NCBI GenBank assembly: GCA_944377415.1
Contig: CALWEW010000002.1
Location: 1-64,000, forward strand
Direction: 5' to 3'
Length of the DNA stretch: 64,000 nucleotides
Source of the DNA: an uncultured Clostridia bacterium
GTDB taxonomy: Bacteria > Bacillota > Clostridia > Christensenellales > UBA1242
Below, one piece after another: positions 37,489 to 45,820 of this stretch; the stretch's first letter is position 1; every line of letters begins with the position of its first letter. Below the pieces are notes generated by a model, which ran no database searches, was not told where the DNA came from, and saw only the letters and a list, made by a program, of their open reading frames with translations. Position numbers and translations under genes: made by a program.

Positions 37489-38157
37489 TTACGCTCTTCT
37501 TTCATTAACTTGTTCTTTTTCTACGCCCACACCGCGAGAGGCTTCCATTGTATTAGCACCAGCAAGCACTCGATTTGTTTCATAGCGCTGATAACATTTT
37601 TTACCGTAATCCGCAAGGTCTTTTAGGTAACCAAACAAACTTTTTTGAAAAGCACTTTCACCTTCAAGAACTTTTAATTCTGCATTTTCTAGTTCTTTAA
37701 CGCTTTCATTTAAGAACGAAACATAATCATGATTTACAGACAAATCACCAACTATCTTTGTGTTCAATTCATGAATTTTATCAGGGTCAGCAGAAACGCC
37801 AAGGCTATTTACGCTCTTGCCTTCAAGTTCCATCAATGCTCCACTGTCGCCGAGAGTTTCACGCCAATTATCAATAATTTTTTGGTCAAAAACTCCATTT
37901 TTATCAGCCAAAGCACTTAAATTCTTCTCAATACTCTTTGTAACAGTAGTATTTAAAGTTTGACCAACTTGCAACATGGAAATGTTAATTTCCTTTTCTT
38001 CTGGTCTAACACTTAAAATGTCATCATGCGACTTTGCCGAAGCAAGCACTAGTGCTTTTAACTCAGGCTCTTCTCGCAATACTCGGTGCCCTGTAATAAG
38101 AGAATTTGCAACAGTCAAAATAGTCATTTCTTGCGATGAATATTTATTACCGCTCAT
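37489..38157 (-). CDS. Hypothetical helical protein (222 aa from the SD-supported ATG at 38157).
   Basis: gaggtgg-ctttt-ATG (MSGNKYSSQEM…). The track's 35-aa hydrophobic N-extension is probably spurious. Confidence 0.5.
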   Translation of the reverse strand: MSGNKYSSQEMTILTVANSLITGHRVLREEPELKALVLASAKSHDDILSVRPEEKEINISMLQVGQTLNTTVTKSIEKNLSALADKNGVFDQKIIDNWRETLGDSGALMELEGKSVNSLGVSADPDKIHELNTKIVGDLSVNHDYVSFLNESVKELENAELKVLEGESAFQKSLFGYLKDLADYGKKCYQRYETNRVLAGANTMEASRGVGVEKEQVNERRA

Positions 38158-38315
38158 AAAAGCCACCTCGATAAAAAAATTATCAAAAAATAAAATAAAT
38201 TCGCCAAAAATTCTACAAAAAATGCAGAAAATTGGTGCAAGTGCGGGAAACCCCGCAAGCATTTATTTTCTGCATTCATTGTAACACAACAAAAGTGTAT
38301 TGTCAATAAAATTGG

Positions 38316-38663
38316 CTAATTAATCTCTGTGATTATTACATCAGCCCCAGTACCGCAAACATTTTTAATCAAAACATCGTGAAAATGCGGGTTTTTTGGT
38401 TCAGGCGCAGACTTAATGGCACGCAAGACATCAAAATACTGCGCTTTTGGAACTGCAATACTTGTACGCACCGCAAGAGTGCCACCCGAAGAACGCGGAT
38501 AAACGGTAGTAATAGTGCGCATCGGCGCAATAAATTCTTGTCTTCCATACTCGGCGCCACGCGGACAGCGATTGCCTGTAACAACTATTTCTCCGCTAGC
38601 ATCTGTAATAGTCAAGTGACAACCAATCGGACAGCGTATACAAACTGTTTTTAATTCTCTCAA
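38316..38663 (-). CDS. DUF1667-domain protein (115 aa; two CxxC pairs).
   Basis: CIRCPIGCHLTI…GNRCPRGAEYGRQEF…VYPRSSGGTLAVRTSIAVPK matches DUF1667. Its usual FAD-oxidoreductase partner is not adjacent. Confidence 0.7.
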   Translation of the reverse strand: MRELKTVCIRCPIGCHLTITDASGEIVVTGNRCPRGAEYGRQEFIAPMRTITTVYPRSSGGTLAVRTSIAVPKAQYFDVLRAIKSAPEPKNPHFHDVLIKNVCGTGADVIITEIN

Positions 38664-38697
38664 ATCTTCCCCTCACTAAACTTAAATTAAATTACTT

Positions 38698-40341
38698 TTA
38701 TACCGCTGGATTATTACCACCATTGCCATTATTTGTGCCGTTATTATTAGGGTTGTTCGGCGTTGTAAAAGGTGTAACTGGTGGGCGCGGAGCCACAGGG
38801 CGCTGTGGCTGTGGCGGTGGTGGAGCAAAAGGATTTGCATTTTGCCTTGGCATTTGAGCTGGATTTGCTGGACGATTTACATTTTGAGCAAACGGATTTA
38901 CACGAGGAGTACCACTAGATTGTGAGTTAAAATTTTGTTGTCCCCCACCGTTCTGCACTGGTCTAGGAACATTTCCTTGTCCTTGTGGTTGCATCGGCCT
39001 AGGAGGCTGAGGCGCCACAGGTCGAGGAGGCATATTATTTGAAACGGTATTTGTTTGTGGCCTGTTATATGGACTGTTTTGCGTAAAATTATTGAATGAA
39101 GCATAAGGATTATTTTGATTAGCACCAATCGGGTTTACTGTTGGGCGAGCCCCGTTAACTCCTTGATTAACCGAACCGACTTGCTGCTGTGTACTTGTTC
39201 CAAATTTTGAAACGCTTGCAGGTTGATTTGTCGAAAAGTTTTGCGGTTGCGAGGCATTACCATTTGCAAACGAATTTGATGAAGTATTAGGTTGATTAAA
39301 GTTTTGAGAGTTCGAACTTTGTTGTGAAAAAGCGGATTGTGAATTCATGCTTGGCTGCACGGTTGGTCGTGGTTGTCCCCCCTGACCAAATTGAGTATCA
39401 AGAGAAGTACCACCATTTAAAACAGGATTTTGTGCAAAAGTATTATTTTGTTGCGCAGGATTATAAGGCACTTCCCCTGTAAAAGAGTGCTGGTAGCGGT
39501 TATCCGCAACAGGAGCGCGAGGCTGTCTTGCTGGCTGCCCAAAATCCGATGAAGAACTTCCTTTATCTTCCCCCTTTATTATTTGCGGACGCTTGCTTGA
39601 CGAACCACCACTTGTTGAATATTCAACTCTTACACGGTGCGGGAATGTTATAAACAACCAAATAGCCGAAATTACAAAAAACACACCGACAAAGCCTAGA
39701 ATATTGCTCGAAACGACAAAATCAGCCTGCGTTATAAATTCTACTTCACTCCCCACAAGGCCAAGAATTACTGCTAACGCAGGAAAAAGTGCAAGAAGCA
39801 TCCAAAAAGTTGCCGAAAATACGAGAACAGTGCTCGACCTATTTTTGTGGAATTTTTGCTTAAAACGCAAAATAAAGCCTATTATCCAAAATATCAACGA
39901 AAGAGCAAAGAATGCAAGAACTGCATAACCAAGATATTCCATTATAGACGAAATAGCTTCTAGTTGTTCTGCGGTCAATTCCGCCATTTCAATAACAGAA
40001 CTAAAAATCGCGGGTATCATTAATGAAAGCACCCCAAAAAGCGCAGCAAAACGGAACATCGTACTGTTTGCTGACGGGCGCGCAAAAAAGCAAATAAAGT
40101 AAACCGCTCCCATAAGGAGTAGAAGTCCGCTTGTGCCCCATGTAGCGAACATTTCCATAAAGTTAGCGCCAAAAACATTTGCAAATGTTTCAGTTAAGTC
40201 CCAAATGGCATCTATGCCAAAAAGCGCAGTAAGAAGTTGCGGGAAATAAAGCATGACAAATACCGCACCTAAAAGCAGAGCAAAAATTCCGCCTACGATA
40301 TAACCGGGGCGCTTACCTTGTTTTTCGATATTTTTCGACAT
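38698..40341 (-). CDS. Membrane protein (six TM helices) with a ~300-aa Gln/Asn/Pro/Ser-rich prion-like C-terminal domain.
   Basis: SD agagga. TM N-terminal half; C-terminal …QQNNTFAQNPVLNGGTS…NQPNTSSNSFANGNASQPQNF…PPRPVAPQPPRPMQPQGQG… extreme low complexity. Confidence 0.7.
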   Translation of the reverse strand: MSKNIEKQGKRPGYIVGGIFALLLGAVFVMLYFPQLLTALFGIDAIWDLTETFANVFGANFMEMFATWGTSGLLLLMGAVYFICFFARPSANSTMFRFAALFGVLSLMIPAIFSSVIEMAELTAEQLEAISSIMEYLGYAVLAFFALSLIFWIIGFILRFKQKFHKNRSSTVLVFSATFWMLLALFPALAVILGLVGSEVEFITQADFVVSSNILGFVGVFFVISAIWLFITFPHRVRVEYSTSGGSSSKRPQIIKGEDKGSSSSDFGQPARQPRAPVADNRYQHSFTGEVPYNPAQQNNTFAQNPVLNGGTSLDTQFGQGGQPRPTVQPSMNSQSAFSQQSSNSQNFNQPNTSSNSFANGNASQPQNFSTNQPASVSKFGTSTQQQVGSVNQGVNGARPTVNPIGANQNNPYASFNNFTQNSPYNRPQTNTVSNNMPPRPVAPQPPRPMQPQGQGNVPRPVQNGGGQQNFNSQSSGTPRVNPFAQNVNRPANPAQMPRQNANPFAPPPPQPQRPVAPRPPVTPFTTPNNPNNNGTNNGNGGNNPAV

Positions 40342-40456
40342 ACCTATCCTCTTTTTTTAAGTATCGTAATTAGTATAACAAAATTTTACGAAAAATTACA
40401 AATTATTTTGACTAATTTTTAAAAATTTAAAGAGTGCACGAGCACCCTTTAAATTT

Positions 40457-40762
40457 AATTAGGAATTAGGAATTAGGAGTTGTTGCGCCTCGTTACACTC
40501 GGCGATTTCTTTTATTGCTGTGTTACTTTTAGCATCAGCCGAGAGCATATCACTTGTTATGTTCGTTACACGCGGCTGGCTTTCCGTACCTTGCGGTACT
40601 TCAAGGCACGGTACTACTACACAGTTTGTGTATGGTTACTAATTAAGATAATTCCTTCCTTAACTCCTAATTCGAAAGATTATGATTTTGGCGAGTAGAT
40701 AGGAATTCGGCATACCGCTCAACCGGTGTGAACAGTCGGTAGAAACTCCTAATTCCTAATTA
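40457..40762 (+). mobile_element. MITE-like element, 306 bp. TTAGGAAT/TTAGGAGT octamer arrays form terminal inverted repeats (40457-40481 and 40744-40762). No ORF inside. The body carries UUCG/hairpin-rich sequence.
   Basis: aattaggaattaggaattaggagtt … aactcctaattcctaatta. Internal stems ctcggc…gccgag and gtacc-ttgc-ggtac. The right TIR supplies the TAG stop of the adjacent hydrolase gene. Confidence 0.55.
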
Positions 40763-41856
40763 TTCATAAGGCATTTATTCAAAAAAGTTACTATATAATT
40801 ATAAACATCGGCACGGAAAGTTTCGTTTAATATCTCATGACGACCGTTTTCCCATAGTTTATAATCTACATTTTTTACACCATAACTCTTGTACAGCAGC
40901 GGAAGTTTATCAATATCTTTGTGGTTCTCTCCACCGACATAATCGCTTGCTCCACTGGTAATTAAAATAGGGGTATCTTTATCGATTTGATTTAAATATT
41001 CATCTTTATACAACTGCCCAATTCCACCAAAGAAAGATATATAAAATTCCGCAGTCGCAACAGCACCACAGTACGGGTCAAGGTTGTAATCATTGAAAAT
41101 ACGCTCATCGCTAGTCAACCAGTTTGCATTATCAAAGTGCTTGCCGTAGTTAGCAAAAGTCATATTATATAGAAATTTCGCGCGAGCATCTTTTCCCTTA
41201 AACAATCTTGTAATTTTTGCAACCATTTTGCCGAGCCCAGCGAGCGCGCTCCCTTTGTAGCAACTGCTCCCGATTAATACATTTCCCTTTTGCTTGTGAT
41301 AACTTTCGAGCAGTTTTTGCGTGATAAACGACCCATAACTGTGCCCGATAAAAAAGAGCGGTAAGTTATATTTAGTAAGTAGCGTGTCGGCTAATTTTAT
41401 GCAGTCAAGCACGGTGTCGCCAAAAATATCGCCGTCGTATTTAGTAACATTTTCGGGTGCGCCTGCCGTCCTGCCATGTCCGCGAAGGTCAGGCACAACT
41501 ACAATATAACCATTGCTATTTAAAAATTTTGCAAAATCATCATACCTAAGCCCGTGCTCCACCATACCATGAATAATTAAAACAACGGCTTTTGGCTTGT
41601 CGACATTCGCCCATGTGCGAACATAAACTTGATAGTCGTTATAACCATTAAAAAATGCTCCCGTAAACGCAGATTTTTCGCTCTCTGTGCTATTGCTTTC
41701 GTCAATATCCACACGCTTTACGGCGCGCTTTGTCGCCACGCCCTCAATTTTTAAATTTTTATTTGCGCTTTCCGTTTTAGTTGTTTTGCTAGATGCGCTA
41801 GACACATCAGCCTCTACTTTGCGTGCTTTGTTTTTGCTTTCTTTTTCTTCTGCCAT
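40756..41856 (-). CDS. Alpha/beta-hydrolase (lysophospholipase / monoacylglycerol-lipase-like) with a Lys-rich disordered N-terminus.
   Basis: HGMVEHGLRY…; nucleophile elbow GHSYGS; C-terminal His region. SD gggggag. The stop codon lies inside the octamer repeat. Confidence 0.8.
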   Translation of the reverse strand: MAEEKESKNKARKVEADVSSASSKTTKTESANKNLKIEGVATKRAVKRVDIDESNSTESEKSAFTGAFFNGYNDYQVYVRTWANVDKPKAVVLIIHGMVEHGLRYDDFAKFLNSNGYIVVVPDLRGHGRTAGAPENVTKYDGDIFGDTVLDCIKLADTLLTKYNLPLFFIGHSYGSFITQKLLESYHKQKGNVLIGSSCYKGSALAGLGKMVAKITRLFKGKDARAKFLYNMTFANYGKHFDNANWLTSDERIFNDYNLDPYCGAVATAEFYISFFGGIGQLYKDEYLNQIDKDTPILITSGASDYVGGENHKDIDKLPLLYKSYGVKNVDYKLWENGRHEILNETFRADVYNYIVTFLNKCLMNN

Positions 41857-42007
41857 AATCTCCCCCTATTTTAATAATTAAAATAATTATACCAAAATAA
41901 AAGCAAAAATCAAAACAAAATCAACCAAATATACAAATTATGCAAAACTAGCAATTTTGTTAAAATAAAAAACAAAGAGCGGTGGTTTTGCCCTTTGTCT
42001 TTAAATT

Positions 42008-42212
42008 AATTTTGAATTTTGAATTCATGTGCGCTGCGCGCAAGCCCTTAATATTCATTAATTAATTAATTTTAGATAATTCAAAATTTCCTTGTGTACG
42101 ACATATTTAAACAGTATTAGTTGCAGGAAATTTTGTCCTTAATTCAAAATTCAAAATTCCTAATTCAAAATTCGCTAAGCGTAGCGCTTTGCGCTGCGCT
42201 AGCGTTTTTTGC
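42008..42212 (+). repeat. Paralog of the 1708-1866 element. Its terminal inverted arrays use the TTTGAATT octamer. It has the same atgtgcgctgcgcgcaagccc head and a GC-rich imperfect hairpin + T6 tail.
   Basis: ttttgaattttgaattc at the 5' end; cttaattcaaaattcaaaattcctaattcaaaattcg at the 3' end; tail cgctaagcgtagcgctttgcgctgcgctagcgtttttt. Confidence 0.55.
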
Positions 42213-42213
42213 A

Positions 42214-44733
42214 TTAAGCATCGCGTGGGTATAAGCCTAGTACAATACCCATACCGTTGTTTACATAAATGTTTAGATAGTCGCCTGTTGTGTAGTTATC
42301 TACTAGCCCACCCAAAAACTCAACGATTGCGTTTACTTTTTGAGTGCCTTTGTAATTACTCCAGTTTTCATCGGTAAAGTAATTAGAAAGTCCAGCGTAA
42401 AGTGCGTCAGCAACTTGACCCAAATCAACAGCGTCACCGAGAGAGCCAGCCATTCCTACAAGCGTATTGATTTTTTGAATTAACTGACTTTGTTTGTCTG
42501 CAAATTCGAGGTTGTCATAATCAGCAATTGTAAACATACCAATAGCAACACTCGACATATCTCCCAGTCCGCCAAGTTGTGCCAAAATTCCGTTATACAC
42601 GCCGTCGATAATTTGTTCGCTTGCTAGCGAGGTGTCTTGATTAACAGCAACGCCCGAGTTAATATATCCACCGTTTCCGCTAGACTCAAAGTAGTGCGCG
42701 TCATTTGCCATTGCTCTGTCTGCAAGGCTGTCGCCGAGCGTCATGTCAAGCCCGTAGTTTATAGAAGTATCTGCGGTTTCGCCGTCAAGACCGTAATATT
42801 TGTTGTAGTCAGCGAGAGTATCAAAAATGCGTACATATCCGCGAATTCTCTCGTTTGTCAAACCCTCTGCACTGCTTGATTTTAGGAGTGCAACTACATT
42901 GATTTGAGGCACATTGTCGCCTACGCGTCCTGCGTAGATTGTTTTGTCAGTGGCAGGAAGTCCTTCATTTGAGCCGTCAAAAAGCGATTCGCCACCACTA
43001 ACTAACTGCATAGCAAGTTCGGTAGCACCATAAGACACGAACCAAGGCTCTTGACCTGTTATTTTCGATTCGATGTTTGAGTTTATAATGTCTATATTGC
43101 TTGCATAACCTGATGCTGCGTCATTTGTCGAAGATTTTTCGCAGTGGTCAGCAATAATTGCGGGTCCACCAGCGCCAATAAACTCACTGTCTTTTATCAT
43201 TAAATGCTCTGCACCCCAAGCATAGAATAAGCATTGATATGAGTTGTATCCTTTGCACGAGTCTACCACATATTCGCCAGTGTATTCGCTCGTGGTGTCA
43301 GCGCCAAGTTGCATAAAGTAACCAATATAGAAGTTTTGTGTAACAGTGTTGTATGCGTTAAAGTTTGTGCGAGTATTTTTAAGCAAAATAATTGCGCCCG
43401 AGTTTTCGGGTTCTGAGTTCAACTCGCCGTTACCGATAAAGTAAACATTTTTAAAGTTAAGCGCGGTTTCTTCGGTAAATTGCGTGTTAGCGCTCACATT
43501 TGTAACATAAAAAGTGCTAAAATGCGAAGTCATAATTTCGCCTTCTGCAACATTTACGCCACCTTGATTGCCGTTACTGCCTTCTACAACCATTTTAGGA
43601 AATTGCGACAAGTCAACAGAGAAATAGTTCCCGACAAAGTTAAACTCGCCGTTTTCGGTCATTTCGCGGTAGTATATACCACTCCCTGAGGAATCTTTTG
43701 GAGTGCCGATAATTTCTTGGTCAGTATTTTGTTGTATTGACGAAATGTTGTCGCTTTCGCTCCAAAGGAGGTTTTGAGCGACATCGTCTGCTGTAATTTG
43801 AATGTTATTTTGTAAAACTACACCGTTTACTTCGCTAGGAAGCCCGAGCGCTTGTTTCATGGCATCATAACCAGAATTGTGGTTATCAAAAACCGAAAGT
43901 TCTTTTGCCGTGTATACATTAAATCCATCTATTACCGAAAGTTCCGCAGTAAAACTGCACGCACTTTCAGCATACCCTTCTGCAATGTTAGCTGCGGTTA
44001 CTCTTACACGGAATGTGTGCCCGATTGCCTCTTCCGTAAAGTCAAGGGCTGTGTTGACTGTATCAATAGTTACATAACGCGCCAAGTCGTCGCCAGCAAG
44101 GAGTGTATAAGTACTGTCTGCCTCGACATCAGCAGTTGTTGGGTTGTCGCCCTTTAATTCGACGGTAATTTCCGTCCTTACGCGCTCAAGTTTTGTAATC
44201 AAGTTCCCCGCGCCGTCAATACCGTTTGCGTTAATGCGGAAATTAAAAGCATTGTCGTCGCCGACATAGAGAGGTTGCGTGCGGTCGTAAAATTCTTCTT
44301 GTTTGTTTGCCTTTTCGGCTTTGTTGTTAGTAAAGTCTGTCAAAAGTTGACTAGACAGCGAAGTAATCGCACTGACATCGGCTTCGGTCGCAACTACTTG
44401 AATAGTAACATTAAAGTCATAAGTCTTGTTTTCGTCATAAGTATAAGTAATCACGAGAGTTTTTGCGCCCACCGTTTCGGTGTCTATATCACTAAACGAA
44501 AGTACATCGCCTGATACTTCCTCAGTCGTGTCGTCAGACCAAGTAACGATAACTACTGTATTTGTCGTGTCAAGAGTTTCGCCACGAGCGATAGTCGTTT
44601 CTAGCGTGCCCTGCTTTACTATTGCCGAAGTAATTTTTGTTTCGCCACAGCCCGCAAAAAGAGCGAGCGGAACTAAACAAAGCATCAGTACACAAGCAAC
44701 TATAAAAGCAGGCTGTTTTAGTAATGATTTCAT
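42214..44733 (-). CDS. Large surface lipoprotein (839 aa from the SD-supported ATG; lipobox LFAGC) with an N-terminal Ig-like region and probable beta-helix/pectate-lyase-like repeats.
   Basis: aaaaggagaaaaagt ATG AAA TCA (MKSLLKQPAFIVACVLMLCLVPLALFAGCGET). Distant paralog of the 57892-60399 lipoprotein. Confidence 0.7.
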   Translation of the reverse strand: MKSLLKQPAFIVACVLMLCLVPLALFAGCGETKITSAIVKQGTLETTIARGETLDTTNTVVIVTWSDDTTEEVSGDVLSFSDIDTETVGAKTLVITYTYDENKTYDFNVTIQVVATEADVSAITSLSSQLLTDFTNNKAEKANKQEEFYDRTQPLYVGDDNAFNFRINANGIDGAGNLITKLERVRTEITVELKGDNPTTADVEADSTYTLLAGDDLARYVTIDTVNTALDFTEEAIGHTFRVRVTAANIAEGYAESACSFTAELSVIDGFNVYTAKELSVFDNHNSGYDAMKQALGLPSEVNGVVLQNNIQITADDVAQNLLWSESDNISSIQQNTDQEIIGTPKDSSGSGIYYREMTENGEFNFVGNYFSVDLSQFPKMVVEGSNGNQGGVNVAEGEIMTSHFSTFYVTNVSANTQFTEETALNFKNVYFIGNGELNSEPENSGAIILLKNTRTNFNAYNTVTQNFYIGYFMQLGADTTSEYTGEYVVDSCKGYNSYQCLFYAWGAEHLMIKDSEFIGAGGPAIIADHCEKSSTNDAASGYASNIDIINSNIESKITGQEPWFVSYGATELAMQLVSGGESLFDGSNEGLPATDKTIYAGRVGDNVPQINVVALLKSSSAEGLTNERIRGYVRIFDTLADYNKYYGLDGETADTSINYGLDMTLGDSLADRAMANDAHYFESSGNGGYINSGVAVNQDTSLASEQIIDGVYNGILAQLGGLGDMSSVAIGMFTIADYDNLEFADKQSQLIQKINTLVGMAGSLGDAVDLGQVADALYAGLSNYFTDENWSNYKGTQKVNAIVEFLGGLVDNYTTGDYLNIYVNNGMGIVLGLYPRDA

Positions 44734-44838
44734 ACTTTTTCTCCTTTTCATTAGTTTTTCAATATATAGAGCGAATTATGCGCGAAATTCGCACAAAACC
44801 GCGTTGTTTTTCAAAAATTTTTCCTGCAAAAAAATTTT

Positions 44839-45330
44839 TTAGAATTAGGAATTAGAAGTTAGGAATTAGGAGTTAAGGCGCACTTCGTGCGATTCCCTAA
44901 TTATGCATAAACATCTAATTAACCAAAACGCAACGTTTTTGTCGCAGCGACTAGCAACTTCTTTAACTCTTCGCAGTCTAAATTTATACTAACATACTGC
45001 TTTTCGTCTAAATAACTCGTTTCGTAAAGCAAATCAATCCAGTAAAGCGTTTCATTACACTCTTTCAATGCTATATAAAGTTTATTCAAAAAATCATTTT
45101 TACTCGCTGCATACTGGCTTTCTGCAACATTTGCACCTATGCTAGTACCACTCCGCAATAGTTGTTTAGACATAATATGCTCATTTTTTTCACTTAAATA
45201 TTGATATAATTTAACAATTCTAATCGCAAATTTTTTGCTTTTATCTTTAATAATGTTATCATCTTCCATACTTGTTTTTAACCGCACCAGCGGTCATTAA
45301 CTCCTAATTCCTAACTCCTAATTCCTAATT
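44839..45330 (+). mobile_element. 492-bp IVS/MITE-like cassette carrying the four-helix-bundle protein gene. It is bounded by inverted arrays of TTAGGAAT/TTAGGAGT octamers (44839-44875 and 45299-45330), inserted between two genes of the minus-strand ABC/lipoprotein module.
   Basis: ttagaattaggaattagaagttaggaattaggagtta … aactcctaattcctaactcctaattcctaatt. The arrays are mutually complementary and would form a ~30-bp stem in a transcript. Confidence 0.55.
44919..45269 (-). CDS. Four-helix-bundle protein (23S rRNA intervening-sequence protein / Avd-like family; TIGR02436-type), about 116 aa.
   Basis: KFAIRIVKLYQYLSEKNEHIMSKQLLRSGTSIGANVAESQYAASKNDFLNKLYIALKECNETLYWIDLL matches the family signature. 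The start is ATG at 45269; the track's GTG at 45287 is an alternative. Confidence 0.8.
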   Translation of the reverse strand: MEDDNIIKDKSKKFAIRIVKLYQYLSEKNEHIMSKQLLRSGTSIGANVAESQYAASKNDFLNKLYIALKECNETLYWIDLLYETSYLDEKQYVSINLDCEELKKLLVAATKTLRFG

Positions 45331-45359
45331 CACGAAAATGATTTGCTCGCAAATTATTT

Positions 45360-45818
45360 TTAATACGCCCACAGTATGACATTCGCATATATGCGTGTGC
45401 CGTCAGTAGACATTATTTGCACGGGCACAGTTGCACGCCCCGAAAAAAGCACGAGCCCAGTTTGTTCGCCACTCGCGTTTTCAAAAAATGTTACGCGTTC
45501 GGTGGCATTCTCAGCGGGCACAAACTGCACATTTTTAGTCGTCGCGTTGTCGGGATAGACATGCCATGATAGTTGAATATAAGTCCCCGTAAGCACCCCA
45601 GTCGAAAAGTCCCCCGCTGTTGTAAAGCGTACTTGAATTATTTTTGTACCGTCATCTTGGACTGTAACCTGAGAATTTTGGTCAGTAGTATTTGTGCATT
45701 CAATGCGAGTAACGGGGATAACTTCTTGATAGATAATCGCGCGCATACCAAAGAGAGAAATAAGCACGATTGATGCAATATAGATAACGGCTATTAAGAT
45801 GACTGTCGCTTTGTTCAT
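45360..45818 (-). CDS. Membrane-anchored Ig-like/beta-sandwich protein (152 aa).
   Basis: N-terminal TM anchor, then a beta-rich domain. It occupies the same position as the Big_2 protein in the plus-strand paralogous module. Confidence 0.6.
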   Translation of the reverse strand: MNKATVILIAVIYIASIVLISLFGMRAIIYQEVIPVTRIECTNTTDQNSQVTVQDDGTKIIQVRFTTAGDFSTGVLTGTYIQLSWHVYPDNATTKNVQFVPAENATERVTFFENASGEQTGLVLFSGRATVPVQIMSTDGTRIYANVILWAY

Positions 45819-45820
45819 TC

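Noticed and set aside
40480-40698. 72-aa ORF from the six-frame track inside the MITE-like element.
   Set aside because: It has no SD and a Cys/Tyr/Arg-rich nonsense-like composition. It lies wholly inside the hairpin-rich non-coding body between the inverted repeat arrays.
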